Shown: piece after piece, positions 48,984 through 57,914 of the stretch
How positions within the stretch are numbered: the stretch's first letter is position 1
How the letters are laid out: each line of letters starts with the position of its first letter
NCBI GenBank assembly: GCA_964389675.1
Contig: CAYMEV010000009.1
Location: 62,001 to 126,000 of the forward strand
Direction of reading: 5' to 3'
Length of the DNA: 64,000 nt
Source: an uncultured Candidatus Sumerlaeota bacterium
GTDB taxonomy: Bacteria > CAYMEV01
Program-made: the position numbers and the translations under genes
Notes under the pieces: model-generated
What the model was told of the DNA's origin: nothing
Databases searched by the model: none
The model's input: the letters and a program-made list of their open reading frames with translations, nothing else

Positions 48984-49977
48984 CTTGTATTTTTCTGATT
49001 TCTTTCAGCTTCAGGTTCTCCTTGTTAAAGAAAATGAATCCTACAAGAATCATGGGAAGCATCTGGCTTATATGCAGTACTATGGCAAATGATCCGATGC
49101 TTGACAGATTTTTTGAATATACCTTCAATGCATATTTTGCTGCTGCATGATAGGGGCCTATATAGCCCGGGCTTGAAGGGAGGGTTATGCCAATAGCAAC
49201 GAGAATAACTGTGAGCATTGCAGCCCTTAAAGGCAGCCCTTTAAGGTCCTCAAAACAGAAAAATGCATAATAAGCATTGAATATTACAGGTACCCAGATC
49301 AAAAAAGAAAGCAGTATCAGCCTCAGGAGGAATATGGGCTTTTTTATTGAATGGGAAGCCTCCAGAAATCTTTTTAAAATACTTTCAGCTTTTTCCTTTC
49401 CATGGTCATTCAAAAAGAATAATATCTTCCTGAAGATACGGCAGAACAGATCTTCTTTAATAAGGATTATAAAGAAAACCACAAAGGGCAGTGTTGCAAG
49501 CACGGAACCGAACATCAGGGTCTTCTGGAGCTCAGGGGACATGGAATCGTTTTTAATTAAGGTTATAATGAAGAATAATATAAAGATGACCAGCATGAAG
49601 AAAAGATCAAGTATCCTTTCCAGGAAAACAAGGCCTATCGATGTTGAAAATGTGGCCTTTGTCTTATCATTGATGGTCCGCGCTTTCAATACCTCACCCA
49701 GCCTTGCCGGCAGGACTCCGTTTCCGAAATAGCCTATCATTATCGCAGAAAAGGCATCCCAGAAATGCAGATTCACCTTTTTCTGAGCCATGACCTTAAA
49801 CCTGTAAGCCCTGAAAAAAAGGCTTGCCCACAATGCTATCTGTGAAGGGATAAGCCACCAGTAATTTGCTTTTTTCAGCGCATCTTTGATCTCTCCGAAA
49901 TCCATATTGTAAAATGTAATATAAAGAAAGATGGCGCTGATAAGAAGCCCTATAATAAGCTTAATATTCTTTCTCAT
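48973..49977 (-). CDS. lysylphosphatidylglycerol synthase TM-domain / flippase-like membrane protein
   Basis: FRAYRF, GNGVLPARLGE, ERILD, LPSSPGYIG. Confidence 0.88.
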   Translation of the reverse strand: MRKNIKLIIGLLISAIFLYITFYNMDFGEIKDALKKANYWWLIPSQIALWASLFFRAYRFKVMAQKKVNLHFWDAFSAIMIGYFGNGVLPARLGEVLKARTINDKTKATFSTSIGLVFLERILDLFFMLVIFILFFIITLIKNDSMSPELQKTLMFGSVLATLPFVVFFIILIKEDLFCRIFRKILFFLNDHGKEKAESILKRFLEASHSIKKPIFLLRLILLSFLIWVPVIFNAYYAFFCFEDLKGLPLRAAMLTVILVAIGITLPSSPGYIGPYHAAAKYALKVYSKNLSSIGSFAIVLHISQMLPMILVGFIFFNKENLKLKEIRKIQDEE

Positions 49978-51359
49978 GTTGCAAAGATCTTTTCGGGATT
50001 CATTATGCCCTTAGGGTCAAATATCCCTTTTATTTGTCTCATTATTGATATTTCTTTTTCATTATACTGATACTTCAGGAAATCTCTCTTTGTGATTCCG
50101 ATTCCGTGTTCTCCTGATATGCTTCCATCAATGCTGATCACATAATTGAATATTTCTTCCAGGCATTTTTCAGCCCTCTTGTTTTCCTCTTCCGAATCCT
50201 GCTTCAGTATCAGGTTCGCATGTATGTTGCCATCCCCGAAATGCCCGAAATTAACAATGTCTATATCATGCTTTGATGCAATCTCATATATCCTGTCAAT
50301 AGCATCGGGTATCTGTGATATGGGAACTACAATATCCTCATTTATCTTCCTTTTGCCAAGTTTGACGATTGCAGGTGAAACAGACCTTCTCAGCGCCCAG
50401 ATTTCATCCTCGGAAATTCTTTCGTCAGGGAAGATTATGTCCAGCATGTCTTTCCTGTCAATTAGATTGAATATCCTTTCTTCCTGATGGAGAATGGAGC
50501 TCTTGTCACCATCCCATTCCAGCAGAATGCACGCATCTACATTATCATTATCAGCGATATTAAAATTGCCCGGCTTTTTTGCAAACTGGAATGCCTTTTT
50601 ATCCATAAATTCAAGGCAGGAAGGGATTATGCCTGCTGATCTTATTGCAGTTACAGCCCTTGCTGCCTGTCTTTTATCATTGAAAAGGATAAGGCATATT
50701 CTCTTTGCTTCCGGCAGGGGAATAAGTTTTAGGCAAATTTTTGTAACAACTCCAAATGTACCTTCTGAACCGGTAATCAGGGATGTCAGATCATAACCGG
50801 CAACATTCTTTATTGTTTTTGAACCTGCTTTTATCAGTATTCCGCCGGGAAGAACAAGGTTGAGACCAAGGATATATTCTTTGGTGGTCCCATATTTCAC
50901 AGCCCTGGGGCCTCCCGCGTTTTCAGCAACATTTCCACCAATTGTTGAAAATTCCATGCTTGCAGGATCAACAGGGTAAAAGTAGCCAAATTGCCGTGCA
51001 TACCTGTTTATATCAGCTGTTATGACTCCCGGTTCCAGTTCCATAAGAGAAGAATCCCTGTCAAAACCTATAATTCTGTTCATCCTGGAAAGGCATAAGA
51101 GAATTCCGCCACGGAGAGGCACACTGCCACCGGTAAAGCCTGCTCCGCTTCCCCTCGGGGTGACAGGGATCATATTATCATCTGCATATCTTAGAATCCC
51201 GGCCACATGTTCTTCTGTTTCCGGAAATACAACATATTCAGGGGGGCTTTCAATTCCTGTAGCATCATAACTGAATGTTTTTTTATACAAAGGGTCCGTT
51301 TTGACATTATCCTTGGAAACAATACTACATAAATCCCTATAGATCTTATTTGATTTCAT
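49974..51359 (-). CDS. glcD: FAD-linked oxidase, GlcD/D-lactate dehydrogenase family
   Basis: PRGSG, YPVDPAS, IGGNVAENAGG, KYG, GSEGT, HFGDGNIH, SGEHGIG, FDPKGIMNP. Confidence 0.9.
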   Translation of the reverse strand: MKSNKIYRDLCSIVSKDNVKTDPLYKKTFSYDATGIESPPEYVVFPETEEHVAGILRYADDNMIPVTPRGSGAGFTGGSVPLRGGILLCLSRMNRIIGFDRDSSLMELEPGVITADINRYARQFGYFYPVDPASMEFSTIGGNVAENAGGPRAVKYGTTKEYILGLNLVLPGGILIKAGSKTIKNVAGYDLTSLITGSEGTFGVVTKICLKLIPLPEAKRICLILFNDKRQAARAVTAIRSAGIIPSCLEFMDKKAFQFAKKPGNFNIADNDNVDACILLEWDGDKSSILHQEERIFNLIDRKDMLDIIFPDERISEDEIWALRRSVSPAIVKLGKRKINEDIVVPISQIPDAIDRIYEIASKHDIDIVNFGHFGDGNIHANLILKQDSEEENKRAEKCLEEIFNYVISIDGSISGEHGIGITKRDFLKYQYNEKEISIMRQIKGIFDPKGIMNPEKIFAT

Positions 51360-52542
51360 TTAAGAACGATCTGACCCTTTCCATTCCCTTCTCTATGGTA
51401 TTCATATCTGTTGCATAGCTGAATCTGATATGATTATCCATACCGAAGGCAGCACCAGGAATAGCAGCGACCCCGCTGCTGTCCAGTAGAACAGATGCAA
51501 ATATTTCTGAACGCTCATTTGCGGGTTTTATACCCAGTCTGTCAAAATAGTAAGAGAAATCCGGAAAAACATAGAATGCAGCCTTCGGCCTTTTCAGTTT
51601 CACATTCTTATCGGAGCTCAGGCTGTCGTATATATAATTCCTCCTCTTTATATACTGAGTTTTCCATTCATCAAGAAAATCAAAATCCCCTGTGATAGCA
51701 CTCAGTGCAGCCTTCTGTGCAAAGGATGTCGGGTTACTCAGTATCTGTCCCTGAACCTTGTTTCCGGCATTTATTATCTCCGCTTCCGCGATGGCATATC
51801 CGATTCTCCATCCGGTCATGGAGAATGTTTTGGAAAAACTGTCGATTATAATGCTCTTTTCCTTTATTTCTTCTGAAAGAGAGGCGATGGATATATGCTC
51901 CAGGCCATCATAGATCAGCTCGCAATAGGTTTCATCGGATATTACATATAGATCATTCCTCAAAGCTATGTCTGCTATCCTGCACAGCTCATTGTAGGTA
52001 ATAAGCTCTCCAGTTGGATTAGATGGCGAATTAATAATTATTGCCTTGGTATTCTTATTTATCTTGGACACAAGGTCATCAAAGTCTATTTCAAAACCAT
52101 TTTCAGCCCTGCTCTCTACATAAACAGGCTTGCCTTTTACCAGATTCACAATAGGAGGGTAAGAAACCCAATATGGCTTTATTATGAGTACCTCGTCACC
52201 CTCCTGGATCAATGTAAAAAGCACATTAAATATTGCAGGCTTTGCCCCTGAACTTACCAGAACATTCTTTAACTCATACTCTACATTCTTCTTTCTTTTT
52301 GTATAGTCTGCAATTGCCGACCTGAGTTCCGGTATTCCTGCTGTTGCTGTATACTTCGTAAATCCCTCGTCAAGAGCCCTTTTACATGCTTCTACAATAT
52401 ATTCCGGAGTTCTGAAATCAGGTTCGCCTACAGTGAATGAGCAGATATCCCTGCCCTTTTTCTTAAGCTCAATTACCTTCGAGTTGATCTTGAGTGTCTC
52501 TGATTCCTTAATATTATTAATCCTTTTTGCTAGTGTAATCAA
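51346..52542 (-). CDS. aspC: class I/II PLP aminotransferase (aspartate aminotransferase-like)
   Basis: GEPDF, NSPSNPTG, SDETY, SFSKTFSMTGWRIGY, IRFSYA. Confidence 0.9.
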   Translation of the reverse strand: MITLAKRINNIKESETLKINSKVIELKKKGRDICSFTVGEPDFRTPEYIVEACKRALDEGFTKYTATAGIPELRSAIADYTKRKKNVEYELKNVLVSSGAKPAIFNVLFTLIQEGDEVLIIKPYWVSYPPIVNLVKGKPVYVESRAENGFEIDFDDLVSKINKNTKAIIINSPSNPTGELITYNELCRIADIALRNDLYVISDETYCELIYDGLEHISIASLSEEIKEKSIIIDSFSKTFSMTGWRIGYAIAEAEIINAGNKVQGQILSNPTSFAQKAALSAITGDFDFLDEWKTQYIKRRNYIYDSLSSDKNVKLKRPKAAFYVFPDFSYYFDRLGIKPANERSEIFASVLLDSSGVAAIPGAAFGMDNHIRFSYATDMNTIEKGMERVRSFLNEIK

Positions 52543-52546
52543 TTAA

Positions 52547-53464
52547 TTACCTCCTGATGCTTTCTAAATACTTTATGGTGTCCAATGCTGCCATGCATCC
52601 GGTACCAGCAGCTGTAATAGCCTGTTTGTACACCGGATCAGCAACATCCCCGCATGCAAAAACCCCTTTGATATTAGTCTTTGTATAATTGCCTGTCCTT
52701 ACATAGCCATTATCATCAAGTTCTACCTGCCCTTTGAATACTTCAGTATTAGGGTTATGCCCTATCGCAACGAATAGACCGTCAAAATCCAAAATTCTGC
52801 TTTTATCTGTTTTTGTATCCCTTATTCGAGCACCTGTTACAAAATTCTCCCCTAAAACCTCATCGACAACGGAATTCCACTGTATATCAATCCTGTCTTC
52901 ATTAAAAACCCTCTCTGCCATTATTTTACTTGCCCTGAGCTGATCACGCCTGTGTATCAGGTAAACCTTCTCTGCAAACCTTGTAAGATAAAGAGCTTCT
53001 TCACAGGCGGTATCTCCGCCTCCTACCACTCCGACAACTTTTCCTTTATAGAATGGGGCATCACAGGTTGCGCATGAGGTAACCCCTCTGCCTATAAACT
53101 TTTTTTCAGAATCCAGGCCCATCCATTTTGACGAAGACCCTGTAGCAATAATCAAGGATCTTGTTTCAATAATCCTGTCATCAACCAAAACTGTAAAAGG
53201 ATCTGCAAATAGATTGACTGCCTGAACATCACTTGTTATGAAACGTGCATTGAACTTTAAGGATTGCTTCCTTATATTCTCAATAAGCTTTGGCCCATCT
53301 ATCCCATTTGGGAAGCCAGGGAAATTTTCAACAGTTGTGGTTATAACAAGTTGTCCCCCAGCACTTAATCCCTCAATGATCAATGGATTAAATCCGGCTC
53401 TTGCAGTATATAGCCCGGCAGTCAGGCCTGCAGGCCCCCCTCCGATTATAATTACTTCTTCCAT
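52547..53464 (-). CDS. trxB: thioredoxin-disulfide reductase
   Basis: IIGGGPAG, ENFPG, CATCD, GGGDTA, HRRD, QAITAAG. Confidence 0.97.
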   Translation of the reverse strand: MEEVIIIGGGPAGLTAGLYTARAGFNPLIIEGLSAGGQLVITTTVENFPGFPNGIDGPKLIENIRKQSLKFNARFITSDVQAVNLFADPFTVLVDDRIIETRSLIIATGSSSKWMGLDSEKKFIGRGVTSCATCDAPFYKGKVVGVVGGGDTACEEALYLTRFAEKVYLIHRRDQLRASKIMAERVFNEDRIDIQWNSVVDEVLGENFVTGARIRDTKTDKSRILDFDGLFVAIGHNPNTEVFKGQVELDDNGYVRTGNYTKTNIKGVFACGDVADPVYKQAITAAGTGCMAALDTIKYLESIRR

Positions 53465-53503
53465 CAGGCAATCTCCTTTATCTTAATAAAACAGCTGTTT
53501 TGG

Positions 53504-54403
53504 TTATATCTTAAAAAGCTTTTCAAAATGATTCTTAATATTAGAATTTTTATCTACCTTTAATGATATATTATCCTTTGTCCCTGACATAATTGGGGTT
53601 ACACCAGGGCCATGGCCTGATATTCTCGAGTCTCCATGTATTACCACTCCAATGCTGACAGAACCTTTATTGTATCCAAAACCCTGTTTGCAGTTCTGGT
53701 CCATTAATGCAACTATATTGCCGAACCTGAGGTCCTTAAAATCCTCTCTTACCTCACCATTATGCGAAGTTGTCTGTATATCGTAATCCCCGACATTTGT
53801 ATGTCCTGTTCCTATACCGGAACCCATAAGCTCAGGAGGTACTATATGAGTGACAGGGACCTCAATTCCTCCATCCTTTTCCTCTATACCCAATGAAAGG
53901 AAAAGATCCGGGTCAACCTTCTGCAGCTTTATATCCGGATAATCAATAAGCCTGAGGCCAATACCGTAGGAATATATGGCAATCTTATCACCGATAATAA
54001 GGTGCCTGATTATATCCTCATCAAAATATACGTGTATGTCATCAATTCCTGCATGATTACCGGTTACAATACCCTTTTTTCCTTTAAGCTTCAATTCATC
54101 ATTGTCCAGCGCAGCTGAAACAATTACCGCCCTGTTCCCAATACACGGAAGCACATTAAGAGGAAGCTGTATGTCTTTTTCCTTCGACCTGAGCGATACT
54201 CCAGGTTCCAGGTGGTCAACCCCTTCCCATCCGTAAACATTATCTCCGGTTTTTACATTATATATGACTCCGCCAAGGCCATTTGCAAGGCTCTGTTTTC
54301 CTTGAAAATCTATTACATCGAGGCTGCGTCCCATTGTATAAGGCGCACATATATCACCTGTTACTGATACCCTGACCAATCGTTCTGCATTAATTCTTAA
54401 CAT
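53504..54403 (-). CDS. DUF4438-like protein
   Basis: GGVIYNVKTGD, DHLEPGVS, CIGNRA, MGSGIG, DYDIQT, HGDS..SGHGPG; family recognised from memory. Confidence 0.75.
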   Translation of the reverse strand: MLRINAERLVRVSVTGDICAPYTMGRSLDVIDFQGKQSLANGLGGVIYNVKTGDNVYGWEGVDHLEPGVSLRSKEKDIQLPLNVLPCIGNRAVIVSAALDNDELKLKGKKGIVTGNHAGIDDIHVYFDEDIIRHLIIGDKIAIYSYGIGLRLIDYPDIKLQKVDPDLFLSLGIEEKDGGIEVPVTHIVPPELMGSGIGTGHTNVGDYDIQTTSHNGEVREDFKDLRFGNIVALMDQNCKQGFGYNKGSVSIGVVIHGDSRISGHGPGVTPIMSGTKDNISLKVDKNSNIKNHFEKLFKI

Positions 54404-54410
54404 TGCTGAT

Positions 54411-55871
54411 CTATTCTCCTTTCTTATTATAAATTTGGTTTTTCAGGCTTTTGAACCTGTCTTTTCCGCAGGCAAGCCTGAGTGCTGAAAGATCCTTTGC
54501 TTTCAGTCTCTCTAATATTTCATTAGATAGATAACGTATTTCCCATTGGCTATGTTTATCAGACCTCAATCTGAAAAAATTATACAGTGACTTCATGTCG
54601 AACCTGCACAGAACTCTTCTTGAGCTGCAGTTCAACATGAAATAATCCCTGTATAACGGATTGCAATCCTCAATATCATAATAAATATCCCTGAAGAGAT
54701 TGACTGTATCTAAAAACATCTCCCTGGAAGATTCCGATTCAATAAGGATAGACGGCAGTATAACCGGGTTTTCCCAACTGTAATCCTGTGCAATAATCAT
54801 AGATTCCCTGTGCCTCTTGAGCTGGGCAAAACACGAAGCTGATACCAGAGCTTCAAATTCAACGGCAGCTGATTCAAATTCCCTGGGCATCATATGGTAA
54901 AAATCAATATCCCTGAATATATCATCAAAAATAGAGGCCCTCTCTTCGCAGGTTATCTCAGTTGCCCATCTATAAGCCTCACTGTAGGGAATTGAAGATC
55001 TTTTGAACCGGTATGAAGCAAGTATCTTTGTGTCTATGTCCTCATACAATCTTATTTTTTCAACTGCAGGAAGAAACTGCTGTTTTAGGTTCTTTGACCT
55101 TTCCCCGCATGGGGTTTTGATGCTGTCTGTGCTGGAGTGCTGGCAATATGCCCTGTCCGGGTCAGTGTATTTTATGACGCTTGGAGCAACTTCCCGGGTA
55201 ATCCCAAGCAGCTTTCCGGACAGATCGTCCAGCTCATCAATTCCCTGAGAACATAAAAAAGAAATCAGGTATTCAAGGGCCCTGGCATTTATTGTCATCC
55301 CAACCTGGGATTTAGTGCAAAGAGGCAGTATATACCTTGCATCTTCTTTAATCTTCTGCATAAGTACTTTTTGTTCCTGTTTTCTATATTGATCCTTTGT
55401 CCTTTCAAAAACATCATTGATTATGCCGCTGTAGCATTCATAGGCTTTCTGGAATGCAGCTTCAATACGCTTGATCAATCCTTTATCCCTTATTACAGAT
55501 GGTATATAAAAATCCCTGCCAAATGTGACATATCTCTGGCTTTTTTCTGTAAATGATCCGTATTTCACACTCTCCAGGTATTCGAGTGCAAGCCGGCTTA
55601 TGCCAAGAATATCTATATTGAAGACAGAGTGTTCAGCTACCGATGAATGGCCAAAGTCAAAGATCAGTTTCTGATTAAGCTCCCTCGCCTTTTCAATATT
55701 CTTCAGTGCTTCTTTCCTTAGTTCAGGGATGGTCTTTGCAGATCTTGAGATCTTGGCATAGGCACTTGAGAAGACCTCAGGGGTGAATAAATGCCTATAC
55801 TCTTCATCACAACCGCCAAACAGCTCTCTGGCAACATTATATCCTGCTAATTTTACATCCAGTTTACACAT
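54411..55871 (-). CDS. thyX: FAD-dependent thymidylate synthase, tandem two-domain form
   Basis: GHSSVAEH, ISR, EKSQRYV, EDARYILP in domain 1; QLKRHR, LR...HSQWEIR in domain 2. Confidence 0.88.
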   Translation of the reverse strand: MCKLDVKLAGYNVARELFGGCDEEYRHLFTPEVFSSAYAKISRSAKTIPELRKEALKNIEKARELNQKLIFDFGHSSVAEHSVFNIDILGISRLALEYLESVKYGSFTEKSQRYVTFGRDFYIPSVIRDKGLIKRIEAAFQKAYECYSGIINDVFERTKDQYRKQEQKVLMQKIKEDARYILPLCTKSQVGMTINARALEYLISFLCSQGIDELDDLSGKLLGITREVAPSVIKYTDPDRAYCQHSSTDSIKTPCGERSKNLKQQFLPAVEKIRLYEDIDTKILASYRFKRSSIPYSEAYRWATEITCEERASIFDDIFRDIDFYHMMPREFESAAVEFEALVSASCFAQLKRHRESMIIAQDYSWENPVILPSILIESESSREMFLDTVNLFRDIYYDIEDCNPLYRDYFMLNCSSRRVLCRFDMKSLYNFFRLRSDKHSQWEIRYLSNEILERLKAKDLSALRLACGKDRFKSLKNQIYNKKGE

Positions 55872-55921
55872 GGTTTTTTCTCTTAATGATTTATAAGTGA
55901 TGTATGATAAAAGTCAAATAT

Positions 55922-55956
55922 AAAAAAAGGGCTATGCATAATTATGCATAGCCCTT
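55922..55956 (-). terminator. intrinsic terminator / perfect 30-bp palindrome
   Basis: AAGGGCTATGCATAATTATGCATAGCCCTT (55927-55956) followed on the minus strand by a T-run, 22 nt downstream of the lipoprotein gene. Confidence 0.8.
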
Positions 55957-55978
55957 AAAGCCTATATGAAGCGCAGTG

Positions 55979-56644
55979 TTATTCCTGCGGTACTTCCTCT
56001 GTTTCTTCTTCAGGATCTGGTTTTTGAGTTCTTTCAGGGTATTCATCGACAAACTGCTTATTAATATTGTATTTTATAAGAGCTACCCCTTTGTTTTCAT
56101 TAAGAGAGATAAATACAAGCTTATCAGGATCCATCTCAATCATATACTTCATTATATAATAAGGTGTCTGATTCTCATCCAGCTTTTTCTCCAGTCCCCC
56201 TACAGGATTACCGAGAACATACACTACATCCTGGTCTGTCATACCCTTAGCAATCCGCTGAATCTCCTCTTTGGTAACATCCCCCTTATCAAGGCATATC
56301 TTCTCCATCTCAAGAAGTTCATTATTCTTTTCATCATATTTCAGCCCCTGATGGACAAATTCAAGTGCCTGATCATATCTTCCGTTGTCAATCCAGCCCT
56401 TTGCAAGGTTCTTGAAACCGTCAACAAAAAGATTGACAGCTTTTTTGTAGGCAGAAAGCTCTTTCGGTGTTTTCTTTATGAAGCCTTCAAGCTCAGCCAT
56501 GTATTTGGCCTGGTCTGTATTCTTCAGTACAGCTATCTTTTTTAGCTCTTCGTTAGCTTTATCTTCCTGTGACTGGCAGTTAAACATAAAAAATACCATG
56601 GACAGGACGATAAATAAAACGGTAAATCTTTTCATATAATTCAC
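55979..56644 (-). CDS. lipoprotein with TPR-like and SmpA/BamE-like segments
   Basis: Signal peptide ending MFNC, GRYDQALEFVHQGLKYD, IAKGMTDQDVVYVLGNP. Confidence 0.65.
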   Translation of the reverse strand: MNYMKRFTVLFIVLSMVFFMFNCQSQEDKANEELKKIAVLKNTDQAKYMAELEGFIKKTPKELSAYKKAVNLFVDGFKNLAKGWIDNGRYDQALEFVHQGLKYDEKNNELLEMEKICLDKGDVTKEEIQRIAKGMTDQDVVYVLGNPVGGLEKKLDENQTPYYIMKYMIEMDPDKLVFISLNENKGVALIKYNINKQFVDEYPERTQKPDPEEETEEVPQE

Positions 56645-56759
56645 CCCTCTATTAGGTTTTTTTTAATTCATATTCTTAAAGATAACAATATCATAATTTT
56701 TATGCATGTCAACCCAAAGATGTAATAAACAGGAATAGCTGATATAGTTATGAAATGCT

Positions 56760-57065
56760 TTATTCTGCTTTTTCAGTCTTGCTTTCTTTTTGCATTGTAT
56801 CTTTGATCAGGGGAACTATCTTTCTTGATATTCTTGATTTTTTCCTTGCTACAGTGTTCTTGTGAAATATTCCCTTTGTAACTGCTTTGTCCAGGGACCT
56901 TATTGTGTCCCTGTAGTCTTCTAAAAGCTGTTCTTTATCCGTAGCTTCCGGATTCAGCATAAGCTTTTTTATCTTCGTTCTCACCGCAGTCCTGAACATC
57001 TTATTTCTCATTCTTCTAACCTGACTCTGGTTAAAAGACTTTTTTGCTGATTTGCTATGAGCCAA
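56760..57065 (-). CDS. rpsT: 30S ribosomal protein S20
   Basis: AHSKSAKK, RN, LDKAVTKGIFHKNTVARKKSR; TTG start after GAGGAGG. Confidence 0.96.
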   Translation of the reverse strand: MAHSKSAKKSFNQSQVRRMRNKMFRTAVRTKIKKLMLNPEATDKEQLLEDYRDTIRSLDKAVTKGIFHKNTVARKKSRISRKIVPLIKDTMQKESKTEKAE

Positions 57066-57167
57066 TCCAATCTCCTCCTCAATAATATGTAATATTAAAT
57101 TGTAATTTCATTTCATATATGTTATATATTGCGATAGTCAAGAAAAAAACTGAATAAAAGATCCTGA

Positions 57168-57914
57168 ATGAAAAAATTTATTTTATTTTTAATCATATTA
57201 ATTAATCTCCATATATATGGATATGGCCCCGATTTCTCAGTGAAAACAAGGATTATTGACACATATATCGCTGTCATGCCCCCCTTATTTTCATCTGTAC
57301 TTGAGAAAAACAAAAGTATAATAATTGAGTCTTTTACCAGTCAACTGTCAATGCTTGAGAATCAATACCCGGTAATAGATGAGGGTGCATATAATTCAAT
57401 AATTAAAGTGCTTGAGGGTATAAAGAATGAACAAATCACAAAGATAAGAAAAAGGCCTAATTTCAAAGATATATCTAAAATATATGGCCTCCTTGCAGCA
57501 TATTCATTCTACCTTAATAATCCCATAAGCTATCTTGATCTGGAGGATAAACACAAATCATTGCTTGCAGACCAGTATTACAGATTAATGAGCCATAACA
57601 ACAGGAAATTCAGGATATTCTTTTACGGGTTTTATAATGATGATGCTATTTTAGGCATAGAACTGCTGAAGGAATTCTCCGGAAAGCTTCTAAGATCATT
57701 TATGAAAGATGATTACAGTATATACCCCTTCCTGCATTTTGACGAAAGGAGCATTCCTTTCGGAATTGTCCAGATGCATCTTAATTCCTCCTTCTCTTTT
57801 ACTACAATGTATTGGTTCAGCATATGGAAGGACTCCGGAGGCTATATAAAAGACAGCCCTTACTATAATAAATCACCGGCTCAGACGGGGCACTTCCTCG
57901 CCATTATTGACTGA
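57168..57914 (+). CDS. exported hypothetical protein, possibly degenerate S1/P1-nuclease/Zn-PLC fold
   Basis: Signal peptide; MPP, GLLAAYSFYLNNP, FFYG, FDERSIPFG, IWKDSGG. Confidence 0.55.
   Translation: MKKFILFLIILINLHIYGYGPDFSVKTRIIDTYIAVMPPLFSSVLEKNKSIIIESFTSQLSMLENQYPVIDEGAYNSIIKVLEGIKNEQITKIRKRPNFKDISKIYGLLAAYSFYLNNPISYLDLEDKHKSLLADQYYRLMSHNNRKFRIFFYGFYNDDAILGIELLKEFSGKLLRSFMKDDYSIYPFLHFDERSIPFGIVQMHLNSSFSFTTMYWFSIWKDSGGYIKDSPYYNKSPAQTGHFLAIID

Noticed and set aside
55976-56545. 189-aa plus-strand ORF and many other overlapping antisense ORFs in the track
   Set aside because: They lie opposite well-supported genes and lack RBSs and recognisable motifs
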